This document shows, piece by piece, positions 32,943 to 46,000 of a DNA stretch of 64,000 bases; the first letter of the stretch is position 1, and every line of letters starts with the position of its first letter. Made by a program: the position numbers and the translations under genes. The notes beneath the pieces were generated by a model. The model did no database searches, had not been told where the DNA came from, and worked only from the letters and a program-made list of their open reading frames with translations. The stretch spans positions 70,000,001 through 70,064,000 of the forward strand of contig OZ076409.1 of NCBI GenBank assembly GCA_964187785.1, given 5' to 3'. This DNA comes from Amphiscolops sp. MND2022. Taxonomy: Eukaryota.

Positions 32943-35900
32943 TTTGCAAATTTGGAGTTATGACTACAACTGAACTTGTGATGAATGACTATTAGATGAA
33001 ACAATCAGAGGCTTGCGAACTTTTGATAAAGTCAATAAAACTTTAATACTGGTGTATCTCCAGCTTTGTTTATGCTTTTGGTAAAGTTCTCAAACTAGTT
33101 TTCGAACCAGAATGAAATGGTATCACCAGCAACAAATGAATATACAGCAAATAAATTATTTATCAAGTGTTAGAAAGTATTCTTGCGATGTTTGGATAAT
33201 TACAAACTCTGTTGTGAATTGTAAACTTAGTCAATGGTCAGTAAAGCCGATTAGATGCGGAAATTTACTGTCAAAAACTTGTTTACCATAATTTATCTTC
33301 AGAAACAGGCTCAGAGCGCGCTTTGGCATCAAGGGATGTGAAAAGCATAAGTTTTTCTTTCTGTTTTTTCGGCAAAAGCAGACGTTCAGAGCAAAAAAAA
33401 TTATCAATATAGGTCTGATTTTCGAATTCTCCGTTCTATTTCTCTGCTATCTTGTGATATTGGTGTAATCAAGTTTTTTTGCATTACTATAAATGGTAAT
33501 ATTTTGGATAGATAACATGTTTTCGAAAGTGACCCAAATTCAAACTTCAATCAATACAAGCTTGCAAAGTAGACCTATGAACTTTTAGCGTTTTGTACGC
33601 GCCTCATGCAATCGGCTTGCCTGGTCAACGGTTCAGCATCGGATGTAAATGATTCCTATTGATAAAATCCCTTCTTGGTAGTATAGTCCACTAAACTTAA
33701 AAAGCATATATCTTGACCGATAAGCTTTTTCAATTCAATCCTCGTTGCAAAAAACTAGTCAAGCTCGGAATGACAGGAATATGAATAATAACAGCCTCTC
33801 AGTTTACGTAATAACAAAATTTTCGATAACCTTGCTAAGCAAAAAAGAATAAGAGAACACTTTCAAAGCGTCAGCACGTGGTACCGTAATAAACTTTGGA
33901 CAGTTCTATGAGATTTGGAATGCAGTGTTTCAGTTATCAATGGAAATTTCTATTGAAATATTATCTGCCTGTACTCGACGAATTTGTTCACGCCAAATGT
34001 ACATGTAAAAACGCTCACATGTATAAGAGAACTGTTTTTGTCACTCCAACGCACAAAAATTTACACTCTGAAAAAAATGTTCAATTTGAACTGATAAAAC
34101 AACAGCTGTATTCCAATTGGTTTAGTCTTGTAATCGAATAAGCGCTAATTCAAGCCTGGTGGTAACGGTTTATTTGGCAAGGAATTCGGTTACCGTTGAA
34201 TAAATTTGAACATCCGGAGGTGAACGTTTTTCATCTTGCTCTTCAATAAAAGGTTAAAACGTCATGAAAAGACGCTCTGGAGTGGAAGTTTTTGAAGCAT
34301 TATTGCGTACTAGTCATGGTACATGTATTCAGCGCCAATGACCACTTCCGTTATTTTCATCTAGAGTGGCTCCTCAAACTTAATGACACTTTGGTTACCG
34401 GATAAAAGAGGCAATAAATGTGAAATGGAAGTGCATTTTAGTCTCAGGATCATGTTGGACTCCAATAGCTAGCGAATTGCTGTTACATGGTAATTTGATT
34501 CTAGCAAAATATCCCATTGATGGTTCTATTCAAAAACCTTGCGGTTGCCTACGTCACAATTGGATCGTCAGAGCTGCAGACAGAGTTGTTGCATCGACGA
34601 AACGCCTTGTAGAACGCGTCTTTAATCAATACCAATCAAACCAAACATAGTGCGAAATTAGCTGATAAAGAACTGCGATGTATCATCATGATTAGCGTTC
34701 AAACCTTAGCAACCCTTTCGTAGTTTTATACAAGGAAGTAGTAGTTTTCAACCACCTATGGGGCGCAAGCGCCTTGCCAAGATTTTGTGGAAAATAGCTG
34801 ACAACTGACATCTCCATAAGCGTGCATTTAAGAATCCATGGTGATGGGCAATTCTGAGTGATGACACCGCCTGTTTGTGTTATCCTGACGTGATCATTAT
34901 TATTTGAGACAGCGAACAGCTCTATGGGAATTTTCGTTTCCCACTCGAGAGCCGAGTACTTTTCAAGTCAGTCTGAATCATCGCCTGAAGTTGAAACTTG
35001 AAACATCAAATCTGCAGCTTGAAGAGAACTCCCCTGTCAATGTTCTTGAAGAAGCACTCATCCCTCGTACTTATTAAACTCGCAGAACATAACTTGGCCT
35101 ATATCCATAGCTGTACTGTAGAACTGAACAAACAACAACTGGTTGAAAGTTTTTGACCTCATTTCCAGTGCCAACTTGAACTCAGCTTAAACAAGTTCTT
35201 ACGTGAAGAAAGTTTAGTAAACGTGCTGCCGGAAGCAATGACGTAAAGATAACTTTTACGCACCCCGATAAACTACCTTCTGAACAATGTTGCATTGCAA
35301 AAACCAGCTCACTTGCTATGTTTTTAACATAATTTTATAAGTAGTCCTCAATGAAGTCAACAAACTTGTTAACTGATTTTTGGTTGCGCACTGTCATTTG
35401 GAAGATTTTTCTAACATGAATCTACAGATGTCTCTTCAAACATAAGCCTTCTGGACACCGAGAAACATTTTGCTTTGGAAGGTGTGCATATCTAGTAATT
35501 TTGCTTGGAGGTTTTTGAATAATAAATATTGGACAAATGAGGTCGAAATTTACGTTTTCCCATATAGAGTTTTCGAAAGTTGTGCAAATAAACTTGTCTT
35601 ATATCTTTTCGAAACTCGAAACACAACCGATAACTAAACGTTTCAAAACTGAGCCTTTGGTATTTCTGATTGAACTAAATTTTCCGAAAGGGTCCAAAAT
35701 TGGGACTATGTTGCCGAAAATATGAAAAAGTTTGGAAACTTTGACACCATTGTTGTAAACCCGATGAACTTCATCCCACTTTTCCCCAATTGCTTTGTGA
35801 ATACCTTATTGTTTCAACGCTCAGGCCATTGGAGATTCTATTATTCAAAAACTTTCGTGGCTTGAACAAAAATAGGGATTAGTTTGTCAAACAACGTGCT

Positions 35901-35949
35901 TTTTTGTTGTTTAGTGGATTTTTAGGTGTTTTTGAGAACAATTCCAGCA

Positions 35950-37700
35950 AAAAAGGCAATTGACTCTTCAAAACTGCCTACTGGAAAGACCCGGATCAGT
36001 CATTTTTGAGTTTTCAAACAATCTAATGCAAAGAAGTAGCACAAAAATTGTCCAAAAACGTCCTAAATATGTAAAAAATTCTAAGTTTTTCAATATTTTG
36101 TCTTTCTGAGGAAACTTTTGACGATAAATTAGGCCATTTTTCAAAAAACGTGCTTCGATTTTAATTTTTATTATCAAGACGTTTTCGAAGCTTTCATTCT
36201 ACCAAACTTTTCCAATATCACATAAAACCTCACTGAACCTGTCAGAAATTGATAAGAAAAGTTTCGTTATTTTCGACTTTTTGCGATCAACTTTGAGAAT
36301 TGTTTCCGAACGAAGTCTGCAAATATTCCTTCAAAAGCTTACTGGTTTATGAGTTTAGTCTTTGTTGAACGTTTGCTAACTTGATGACTCCAAATCGGTT
36401 CAAAAACTACACAAATTGCACAAAAACGAAGAGTGTTGAAATTCTTTGACTGCTTTGGAGTCATTCTGAAGACTTTTTGAAGTAAAGCAAAACGCTGCAA
36501 CGTTCACTTCAAAAAGCATTGCTATCTTCTTTAGTTTTTGAGTTGCTTGTATTATAACTTAGAACGAAATCATTCGGAAATAAGACAAAAATTGCATCAA
36601 AAATGACAAAACTTTAATTTTTTCGACAATTCGTTGTCATTTTTCTCTTGCAAATTGAACTTATCTTGTGAAGAAAGTTCATTGAAAAAACAAAGTTGCC
36701 CATGCTTTACGCGTTTTAACGTTCCAGTCCGCGAAGTTTATCCATATTTTGACAAAAAAATCAAAGAAAAATAGTGAATTTCGGAATGTTTTTGATTTTT
36801 TGTTTTTTTTTGCGATGCCAATCCGCACATTTTTTTTTGAAAAACTGCATTTGACTCCTTTTTAGGCGTAATGGACAACACATTTTTTCCTAGTTCACCC
36901 TTTTCATCGTTCCGATTGACGAAGTCTGTCAAAAACTTGGAAAAAACGCATAATATCTTTGAAAATTAGAAAGGTTTGGGAGTTTCGTCATTTTCGGTGT
37001 CAATTTAAGACCTTTGCATTCAGAAAAGTCAATTATCTCTTCCTAAAAGACTACTGGACAACCAATTTTTCCTTGTTGACGCTCTAAATTATTCCAAAAC
37101 ACTATGTATTTCGAAACTTTAACCACAAAAAATGCATAAAACTTTGAAAATTGGAAAAAGTTGTATCAATTTGAGAATCTTTCAATTGAAAAACTGCAAT
37201 AAACTTTTCGGAAAAGGCTACTGGACAACCAATACTTTCCTTGTTGACCATTTAAAGTTTTCCAATCCACGAAGTCGGTCAAAAATATGACGAAAAAATT
37301 GTAAAAACTTCGAAAAAAGGGGAAATTCCAAGATTTTTGTCACTTTTGGTGTCAATTTGAGATTTTTTCATTTAGAAAACAGTAATTATCTCTTCAAAAA
37401 AGCCTACTGGACAACGAATTAGTGCCATGTTGAGCATTTTCAGCATTCTAATCTACGACATTTATCGAAAATTTGACAAAAATTCAAGAAAAATGTTTAA
37501 AATTACGAAATTTTTGATTCTGTCTTTCTTGGGTCTTTTTCTTTCCGAATGAACTGCATTTATCTGTTCATAATCAACTACTGGTCAACGAATACTTGCT
37601 TCTTTGAACCTTTTCAACATTCTAATCCATGACTTTCATCGAAAATTTGACAAAAACTAAAATTGCCCTAAAAGGTTAAAAAAAATGAAATTTTCTCTTT
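35950..37700. repeat. Degenerate ~170-185 bp tandem repeat (satellite-like)
   Basis: CTACTGGACAAC-like anchor at ~36869, 37051, 37218, 37404 and 37578, with weaker copies upstream. Boundaries approximate. Confidence 0.6.
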
Positions 37701-38132
37701 TTTGCGGTCATTTTGGGGACTTTGGGGTCATCTAAAAAAGTCCAGAAATATCCACAAATACAAATCGCACGAAGCTAAATTTATGTGAGTTGATTTCTTT
37801 GCTTAATACCCTTAAAGTTAAATTTGAATTTGGTGCTTGGTAAATTTTGTAAAAAAACCGTTTGATTTAAATACTTTCCTTTCGCATGTGAATTTTTGGC
37901 GGTAAATAACAAGTGACACAGTGTGGAAAAAACCGATGGTTCGAAACTGATTGTGAAAGCTGTCATCCCGCAAGACCAAAAATAACAAAATATTCATCCT
38001 TAAGACTCTGAACACGGTTTTCCGTAACAGATTCTTTCAACAAACTAAAAATTGTGAAAATAGGGACCCTACATGCTTGCAAAACGCTATTTTCCTTCTA
38101 AAACCGAAAGGTTTTCTGTGAGGTATATTAGG

Positions 38133-38726
38133 ACAAGCCGGGAACTCCCAAGTCGGCACCATATTAAAGGCACAAAAATAGAAAAAGGACTTTAAAGGGT
38201 CAAGTATTCTCTTTTAGAGTAAATCCTCTGTTGCAATATGTCAAAAAAATGAAGGGGCGACACTGTGAAGATTATAAAAATTTACCAAAAAAGTGTCTCA
38301 CAATGCCGAAAAACTGAAAGGGGGACTCTGATATTTTTCAACATCCATTTTGTTGCAAAATATCAAAAAATTGAAGGGGAGCTCGAAGTAGAAAAAACAT
38401 TTTTCGAAAACAAAGTCTCACAATGCCGAAAAAAACTGAAACGGGGACGTTTTAGTCTCGACCGGTATTGTACGTTCTATCCGAACTTTGAAAACGTTAT
38501 ATCCGAACTTTAAAAACGTCATATACGAACTTTGAAAACGTTATATCCGAACATTGCAAACGTTACATCCGAACGTTGAAACGTTATATTCGAACTAAAA
38601 TCCGGGTTAATCACTCGGCTAAGAAGTTGAACAATTGAACGAAAATGTGGACCGATCGCGTTGAACTGACGAAAACAACTAGCCACTGAGGAGTCGTGCT
38701 TTTTCTTCGAAAACGCCGACTAAAAA
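38133..38726 (+). mobile_element. HINE/DINE-1-like family A copy with an internal 22-bp minisatellite (about 6 x CGTTATATCCGAACTTTGAAAA, 38473-38597)
   Basis: ACAAGCCGGGAACTCCCAAGTCGGCACC ... AAACGCCGACTAAAAA. Confidence 0.65.
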
Positions 38727-39860
38727 TGAGAGTCGAACTCACTTACTTCTCAAGTCCCCTTGCCAAGCCTAGAAATCCTCGTTAAGTAAGCAAGTAAGGT
38801 ACAAGTTTTACAAATGAATTTATAAAACTTATAGAAATGTATCCGTTTGCTGGCCTTAATAAAGTCACTACTATAGTCGGCTTAATCTAACGGAAAGCGC
38901 CGACTGATAATTAAAATATATCATTATTTTGACGAAGAATGCCAAACTGGAAAGCAGAGTTCGAAGCGGAAACATTTTACCTGTGTAAACATTTTACCTC
39001 GGCCGAATCTCAAGACATCAGAAGCAATGACTGTCCATGACCTAAAAGTGTAACCTCAAAGTCAGTTACTCTTTTTTTCACCAAAAATTAACACATGGAA
39101 TATACACATGAAAAATCGTCGAGAGAAAGAGTTTGATGCACTTACGGTTAAATCAATTTTAAAAACAGCCATAAACTTTCATAAAAGTTCATTTATAATG
39201 GAAACTTCCGAACTTGAAAGTTCAACCTCTTCAGTGGCGGAATGAGAAATGAAAGCGTTGTAAAAACGATTAATATAAGATTTAGATTAAATAATAAAAG
39301 GACCAGTAGCACTGCGAGAATTTTCTATGCTGTTTCAAGACCGCTTCAGGAAGAAATCAATTGTTTGATAAAGAAAAAAACGGACTAATTACAAATAAAA
39401 ATACCAAAAGACAATTTCATGTCTTTAGGGTTCCAAAACGGCAATTTCAGCATAAAATTTCACACTTTATCGCCTTGACAAAACCTAATAAAAACAGCAA
39501 TAATTCGGTATTATCATTATTTTCAATGAGAAACAAGCCGGAGCGACCCAAAAAGGCGCCCGCTTAGAGCAAAGTCTTTTTAAAATGAGATTGAAAAATA
39601 TTCAAAAAAATTATTGTGACTACCAAAAAATATCCAAAGAGGGCACCCTTGAAACACGAAAAGCGTTTTTACTGAGAACTGAAAAACTTGACTTTGTGGG
39701 AAACAAAATGGGATTAAGTCACACTGTGCAGAAAAAAACTCAAAGAAGGACTTTTGCTTTTTTACTTTTTCATTTTCTTGAGGGTACGAAAAATGATGAT
39801 TGTAGAAGACCCTGAATTCATTTATTCTCGGAAGAATGTAAAATCAAGATTTACAGAAAG

Positions 39861-42015
39861 TGTCACGACCCGCTCCCGGTCGGGATTTCACCTGCTGTGG
39901 GGGAATACCCAAATTCGCTAGAGGGAGAGGTCACGGAAGACCAGCGGGACACTAAAGTAACAAACACTTTTAAATCTTACCTTTATCTAAACCGCAGCAC
40001 GAGTTAAGTTAAGCGGAAATGTAACGTAAAATATCCAAAAATGTTTTCTGACAAATAGAATTTCCGGTCCAATGTTTTCACATGCAACAGTTTAATTTAC
40101 TTCCGGTTTAACTGTTGAAAATTCCATGACAACCTAAATACTAAAGATGAAAACATTCTTAACATTGGGATCAATTTTTCTCTTTTCCACACTAAAAAGA
40201 AAACATTAAAACATTATCCAATTCCGTGATCCCAACGGAACGCATACAATCTAAAATGAAAAGAACATAAAAACAGTTAAGAAGATTTGTTTTCAGAGTT
40301 TGAAGTAGTTGTAAAAAGTCACTCAAAATACAGTCAAGTAATTTGAATAAACCTTTACAACGTTATGACAGCGTCACTCAAATATCTAAGTTGCTGGTAT
40401 TTCTAACTTACGGACCAATAGCGTTGTAGCTAATACCAGCAAATTTGCGCTCAAGCTAGTTAGAACCATTCCTAATGACGTCATTAAGAATGAATTTAAA
40501 GATGGCGAATTACTCCGAGCTTGCTCCGCTAACAGCTAAGAAAGCTATACTCAATCTTAATATGTACAAAGTGCTTACGGAACAAATTGTAAGCCGAGAA
40601 AATTATAGCCAATCTTAATACGTAGGGAGCATTTACGGAGCGTTTACGGAGTGAATTGTGATAGGTGAAGTTATACCTAATGTTAATACATGTAAGACAA
40701 GCGTGGAAAATTCTAAAACTCAGAAGCTACCCAAACACATTAGGATGTTCCTGAGGTCATGTAGAATTATTTTGAGATATTTAGATTATCATAAGGCTTT
40801 ACTTTTTCCATCCGGATTCTCCCCGTTTAGTGATTAGATTAGAATGTTCGTGCTGTTAGTTAAGATAAAGGTAAATCACTTAATGAAGGAGCTTTGTATT
40901 ATATTTTCGCAAAAGAAGTCACCTAATTTTGCTACGTTGGTATAACGTTGCTGGATGTAATGCAATATTTTGTTATTTTGATTATTCGCTATAAAATCGA
41001 ATCATGTAAAATATTGTTAGATGTTTCTGTCATGTTGCCAGATATTCTTGTTTCTTCAATAATCAGAATTCTTGTTTATGTTTATCACTTTTTCGGCATC
41101 ACTTGTTCCTTGTCAATTATCTCACTTCATTAATCCGAAATTAGTCCGAGGTATTTCCGTAGCAAATTTTGCTTGTCATCATTTTTATAGCGAGTTGAAA
41201 ATTTCATCGCACGCAAACTGAATCATCGTTCACGCCAGCGTGCCTCTCGCGATGAAAATCTAACTAGACTTTTATTTTGCCGCCTTTTCCGTGATTAAAC
41301 CGGAAACGGGACGACTGAACAAAAATGATTTCAACAAGTACTCTGTAAGATTGCCGTAACTAGGAATTTTAAATTATGAACTATTAACTGAAAGGCTGAA
41401 ATGATATGAATGATTAAGCATTTTTTATGAACAAAACGGATTTTAGGGATTCCTAGGAATTTTTAGGTGAGGAACAAATGATGCTGAGAGGGTATATATA
41501 GTTAGAAATCTCATGTAAGAATCAATCAACCCTTTTGTTTCACTGCGATCAATTTTGTTCCGTTATAATAACGAAAACTCATTCTTCGACGAATTCAAAT
41601 ATTTTCCGAAGACCTTGTTCTTGAACTCTGAAAATGACTACTAGAAGCCAAAAGAGAAAAGCAGCTGAAGAGCTCATTTCAACTGAAATAGAAACCCCTC
41701 TACCCGAAAATACTACGGGCGAAAATCCTATAGTAGGTACAAGCAAATCTCCTAAAGTCACTACTGACAGTTTAGAGAATATAAAATCTGTACTGAGGAA
41801 AGAAATCATGTCTGATCTTACTAAAATCTTGGCTGAAAATCAAAAAGAAATGCTAAAACTAATAGCTCCTCCTGTTAAAAAGCAGACTGTCATAGCTGCT
41901 ACCGAAGAAACTGATTCTGAATCCGAAAACATCCCGGAAAATGCAACATCAACACCGATCAAAAATAAAACCACTGCGACTAATCGTAAAATCACCCCGG
42001 TAAATAGTCGTAACA
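39861..42015 (+). repeat. 5' LTR (2155 bp)
   Basis: TG...CA ends with an 8/9 terminal inverted repeat. Contains palindrome TAATGACGTCATTA (40473-40486), a TATA-like TATATATA at ~41493-41500 and the first 382 nt of gag. Confidence 0.97.
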
Positions 42016-43046
42016 TGGTGACAGGAGTCCTCAATGACTCAACGAACCTCGGAAAGAAGAAAACACGACCGCATCGCCCACAAAGTTTGCCACCCAACGA
42101 ACGTCCTTCGACATCACGACTACTCTTCGCTCCCCAACCGGAAATACACCAGCCGCCCCACCTACCCTCAATGCCCAAAGCACTCACTGCATCATTGCCT
42201 GTATTCGATGGTAAGTCAGAAAAATTCGAACTTTTCGAGGACTTATTCCGGAACAACATAAAAATGTACCCACATCTAACAGAAATCCAAAAAACCAACT
42301 ACTTCCATTCGCTACTACGAGGCAATGCACTACAAGCATATTGCAACTTAGACGATGCCAAAAAAGATAACTTAGAGGAGGTAATTACGGCGTTTAAACG
42401 GCGCTTCGGAGACTTTCAATCTTCTGCCAAAGCGAGATGCGAATGGGACTCGCTACATTTTGACCCAACCAAACAAAAATTACATGAATTTTTGGATACA
42501 CTGCAAAAAATGGCTAAAGAAGCGTTCGGCTCTGAAGCACAAAAATTTATAGACAAGGCCATATACGCCAAAATGCCGGACCACGTCAAAAAGATTCTTA
42601 ACCGAGCCTACCTCGAGGACAAACCCTATAACGATATTGTCCTACATCTCGAACGAGAGATGCGCCTTAATGGCCTGGGCGCCCCAGACGAAACAATACT
42701 AGTTCCACTAAACACGGTTGACGTCGCTCCCCCGGAACCGAAAAAAGAGCCCACCCAACGAGGAAACTGCTTCCACTGTGGCAAATACGGCCACTACAAA
42801 GCCCAATGTAGAAAACTCCGCAAAGAACGCTACTACGAGACTAAGGCGCAAAACGGTGCTACCAATACAAATGACCCGCCCAAACCTAAATGTGACACAT
42901 GTGGAAAACTTCACAAAACTGAAAACTGCTGGTACGGAGCTAATGCGGCAAATGACCCCAGAAAGAAACGACATGAATTTGCCATACCTACCAGCCAAAT
43001 CAGTGAACAACCGATCCCCACTGTCGAAATTCAGCCAAAAAACTAA
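41634..43046 (+). CDS. gag: Gag, 470 aa
   Basis: LPVFDGKSEKFELFEDLF capsid-like region; CFHCGKYGHYKAQC knuckle plus a variant CDTCGKLHKTENC. Confidence 0.92.
   Translation: MTTRSQKRKAAEELISTEIETPLPENTTGENPIVGTSKSPKVTTDSLENIKSVLRKEIMSDLTKILAENQKEMLKLIAPPVKKQTVIAATEETDSESENIPENATSTPIKNKTTATNRKITPVNSRNMVTGVLNDSTNLGKKKTRPHRPQSLPPNERPSTSRLLFAPQPEIHQPPHLPSMPKALTASLPVFDGKSEKFELFEDLFRNNIKMYPHLTEIQKTNYFHSLLRGNALQAYCNLDDAKKDNLEEVITAFKRRFGDFQSSAKARCEWDSLHFDPTKQKLHEFLDTLQKMAKEAFGSEAQKFIDKAIYAKMPDHVKKILNRAYLEDKPYNDIVLHLEREMRLNGLGAPDETILVPLNTVDVAPPEPKKEPTQRGNCFHCGKYGHYKAQCRKLRKERYYETKAQNGATNTNDPPKPKCDTCGKLHKTENCWYGANAANDPRKKRHEFAIPTSQISEQPIPTVEIQPKN
42016..42028 (+). promoter_or_regulatory. Primer-binding site, possibly tRNA-Leu
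   Basis: TGGTGACAGGAGT directly follows the LTR-terminal CA and differs at one position from the remembered tRNA-Leu PBS TGGTGTCAGGAGT. tRNA identity unverified. Confidence 0.7.
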
Positions 43047-43080
43047 AAACGCCGCGCCTCCGCTTCGGGGAAACGGTAGA
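43037..43080 (+). promoter_or_regulatory. Predicted -1 ribosomal frameshift site (A AAA AAC plus downstream stem-loop)
   Basis: Heptamer at 43037-43043 lies just before the gag TAA. The -1 frame is open from there into pol. GC-rich GCCG..CTCCG-CTT-CGGGG..CGGT hairpin starts 7 nt downstream. Confidence 0.8.
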
Positions 43081-46000
43081 CGCAAGGGCGTACACAATAG
43101 AAGACCCCCCAAATCGCTACGAAGAAGACTTCATGACCGAATGCAACGAAGAACCGACACAGGATTGGCAACGTCGTTGGAACGTCGGCATGATACTTAG
43201 ACACAATGCACGACACCCAGAAGACCCAACACCACTACCCCAATGGATAACAGAATCACCCGATAACTACGCGACACTAAAAAGACCCTTACCAGAATCA
43301 AAGACCGAACGCATTTACATATATGATAGAGACTATAGATGTGATCCTTGGGATGAACCAACCATCTATGACACAAACAAACTCTCTTTTAAGATCCAGG
43401 TTTCAAATCCTCAAGCTCAAGTCACCGAGAGTACAACCCTACCAACACCTTTGTCACCAATCCTAAAAAAGACAACACAGTCCTCGCCAACACCCGTCAC
43501 CACCACGTCCACACCAATAGATGCAGAGAATATTATCTGCATTGAGGATAAAACAATATGGTCACAACAAGCAAAAGAACAACGCGGAGTAGCCGATCAA
43601 ACAGTATCACCCCCAACAACAGCATCCGAATTGGCAACCCAGAACAACAATCATGAAGACGACGAAGTAACGGAATGCCCACAACAACTGCCATACGATC
43701 TCAACATCATAAAAGAATTCATACAACATGATAAAGACGACGACTACATTCCGTTAATGTCGGCAATTACCCTCAAAAAGAAGAAAAGAATGCTCTTTAT
43801 TCCTCTCGACTTTGAAAACACTAGAATTGATGCATTAGTCGACTCGGGAGCCTACATCAACGTCATCAGCGAAAGAGACGCAGACAAGATACAAACTGAA
43901 GCCAACGCAACCATAATCGCGAAGGCACCTCCACCCCCTTTCAAGATACAATATGCCAACACAGAACTCGAAAAAGCCCGTGCAACATACACAATGCAGT
44001 TCAAAATCGGTAACTACGCGTTCGAGGAGACTTTCATCACCATGACCAAAACATCTTACCCAATCATCGGCCTGGCATTCCTCCGGAAACATTCCGCAAT
44101 CCTAGATACCGCACAAGGAACAATAGACTTTCCTAAAATACAAATCACTCTAGCCCTAAAAGATGAAAGACAAAAGTGCAACCCCAAACCCATCACTATC
44201 AAGACGGAAGAAAAACACACCATACCAGCCCAAGCCACACGGATCATCCACGCTTCCATCACCACAAGCAATGACCACTCAATAACTGGGACAGTCCAAC
44301 CTTTGCCACAGTTCGACGAAAATGCAAAACTCATAGTAGCCCCAGCAATAACAACAGCCCGAGACAAACGAGTCGCGATAAAAATAGCGAACACCACAGA
44401 CTTCCCCTACACAGTAACGCCACATACGAAACTAGCAGAATTACAAATACTGAAACCCGAAGAAACGAAATTGATACGAGCAGTAGACATAGCAGCCCTC
44501 AATCTACTCACCGAACACGACGATGTTGTTGCGTACGTTAATGCACTGATGCAAGTTGATTCGTCAGAACAAACAGAAGAGAAATTCTGGTTCCCAACTC
44601 CCGAAAATCCCGGAGATGAATCGGAACACACACCCATCCAACAACGCATTCTACGAGAACTACGCGAACTACAAAGATTAGAAGAACTGGACCCCAAACA
44701 AGACGAAAAATCCAGAACACAATTCCTCTCGCTATTCAAATAGAATAATTCACTCATAACGGGAGAAGACCGTGAAAACCTAGAGTCCACCCTAGTCGAA
44801 TTCAATGACATTTTTGCACGTCACCGACTGGACATCGGAATGAACAACCAGTTCAAGGTATGCCTAACTCCCAAAAACGACAAACCGGTATATACACAGA
44901 GTCTCCCTGTACCCATCAACCTCAAAGACGACCTCACAGTAGAATTGGCACTGATGCACAAATACGGGATCATCACAACCCTCCCATTCTCGAAATATGC
45001 CAGCCCCATCTTCGCGCAACGCAAACCCAACGGCAAACTACGGCTCCTAGTGGACTTACGGAAGATCAACGCCCTCATCTCAGATGACTACATAAACAAC
45101 AACCACCCCATCAGCACCCTCTCAGATGCCGCACAACACCTAGCGGGGAAGCAGCTGTTCTGCAAACTAGATTGATCACAAGCCTATCACTGCCTCCAAA
45201 TGGCAGATCAAAGGTCAGTAGAACTCCTTGCATTTAATTTTGCTAGTAGAACGTTTGCCTATCGTAGGCTAGCCCAAGGACTTAGTAGAGCCTTGTCAGC
45301 CTTTTCGAGCTTCATGCGGGAATATCTTGACACCGTCATCAAAGCAGACCAGTGTGCCCAATACGTGGACGACATTGGAATCGCCGCCAACACAACGGAA
45401 CAACTCATTAAGAACATCAGAGCAGTCTTCAAATGCATCCGCAAGGCAGGAGTAAAACTCACAATTGAAAAATGCCACTTCGGTGTCACCCAAATCGAAT
45501 TCCTGGGAAGAACCATCACACCTCACGGAGTAGCACCGCAAGACCACAAAATCACCAGTTTCTTGTCAAAAATCAGATTTCCCCGGTCAAAGAAACAAGT
45601 CCAGAAATACATTGGATTCATCAACTACTACAGAAACTACATACCAAGACTGTCCGAAAAAATGATTGGAATGTACGAACTCCTAAAAGCAGATGCCAAA
45701 ATCACCATAACTGAAGAACTAGTCGACAACTTCAAAGCGATTAACGCGAGCCTAGCGGAAGCCTGCGGAATTGCACTCAGACAGCCGATTGCAGGAAAAC
45801 AATATGTACTGATGACGGATGCTAGCTTCCGAGCATCCGGATATGCGCTCATGATCGAAGAAAACGACGACAAAAAACTACTCTCCAAAAGAAAAACCTT
45901 CGCCCCTGTAGCTTTCGGATCACGCGTGTTCTCTCCGTCACAACTGAAGATGTCGATATACTGTAAAGAATTCCTCGCAATATATCATGCATTCCTTGAA

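Noticed and set aside
34400..35300. Slightly GC-richer stretch with short open frames
   Set aside because: I could not recognise any motif or consistent exon structure; it may be a decayed element.
38473..38597. Regularly spaced 22-bp repeats resembling a CRISPR array
   Set aside because: The units are contiguous with no unique spacers, lie inside a HINE-like element and are in a eukaryotic context with no cas genes.
40948..41133. 61-aa hydrophobic ORF present in both LTRs
   Set aside because: It has a non-ATG start in T-rich sequence, and its duplication merely reflects LTR identity.
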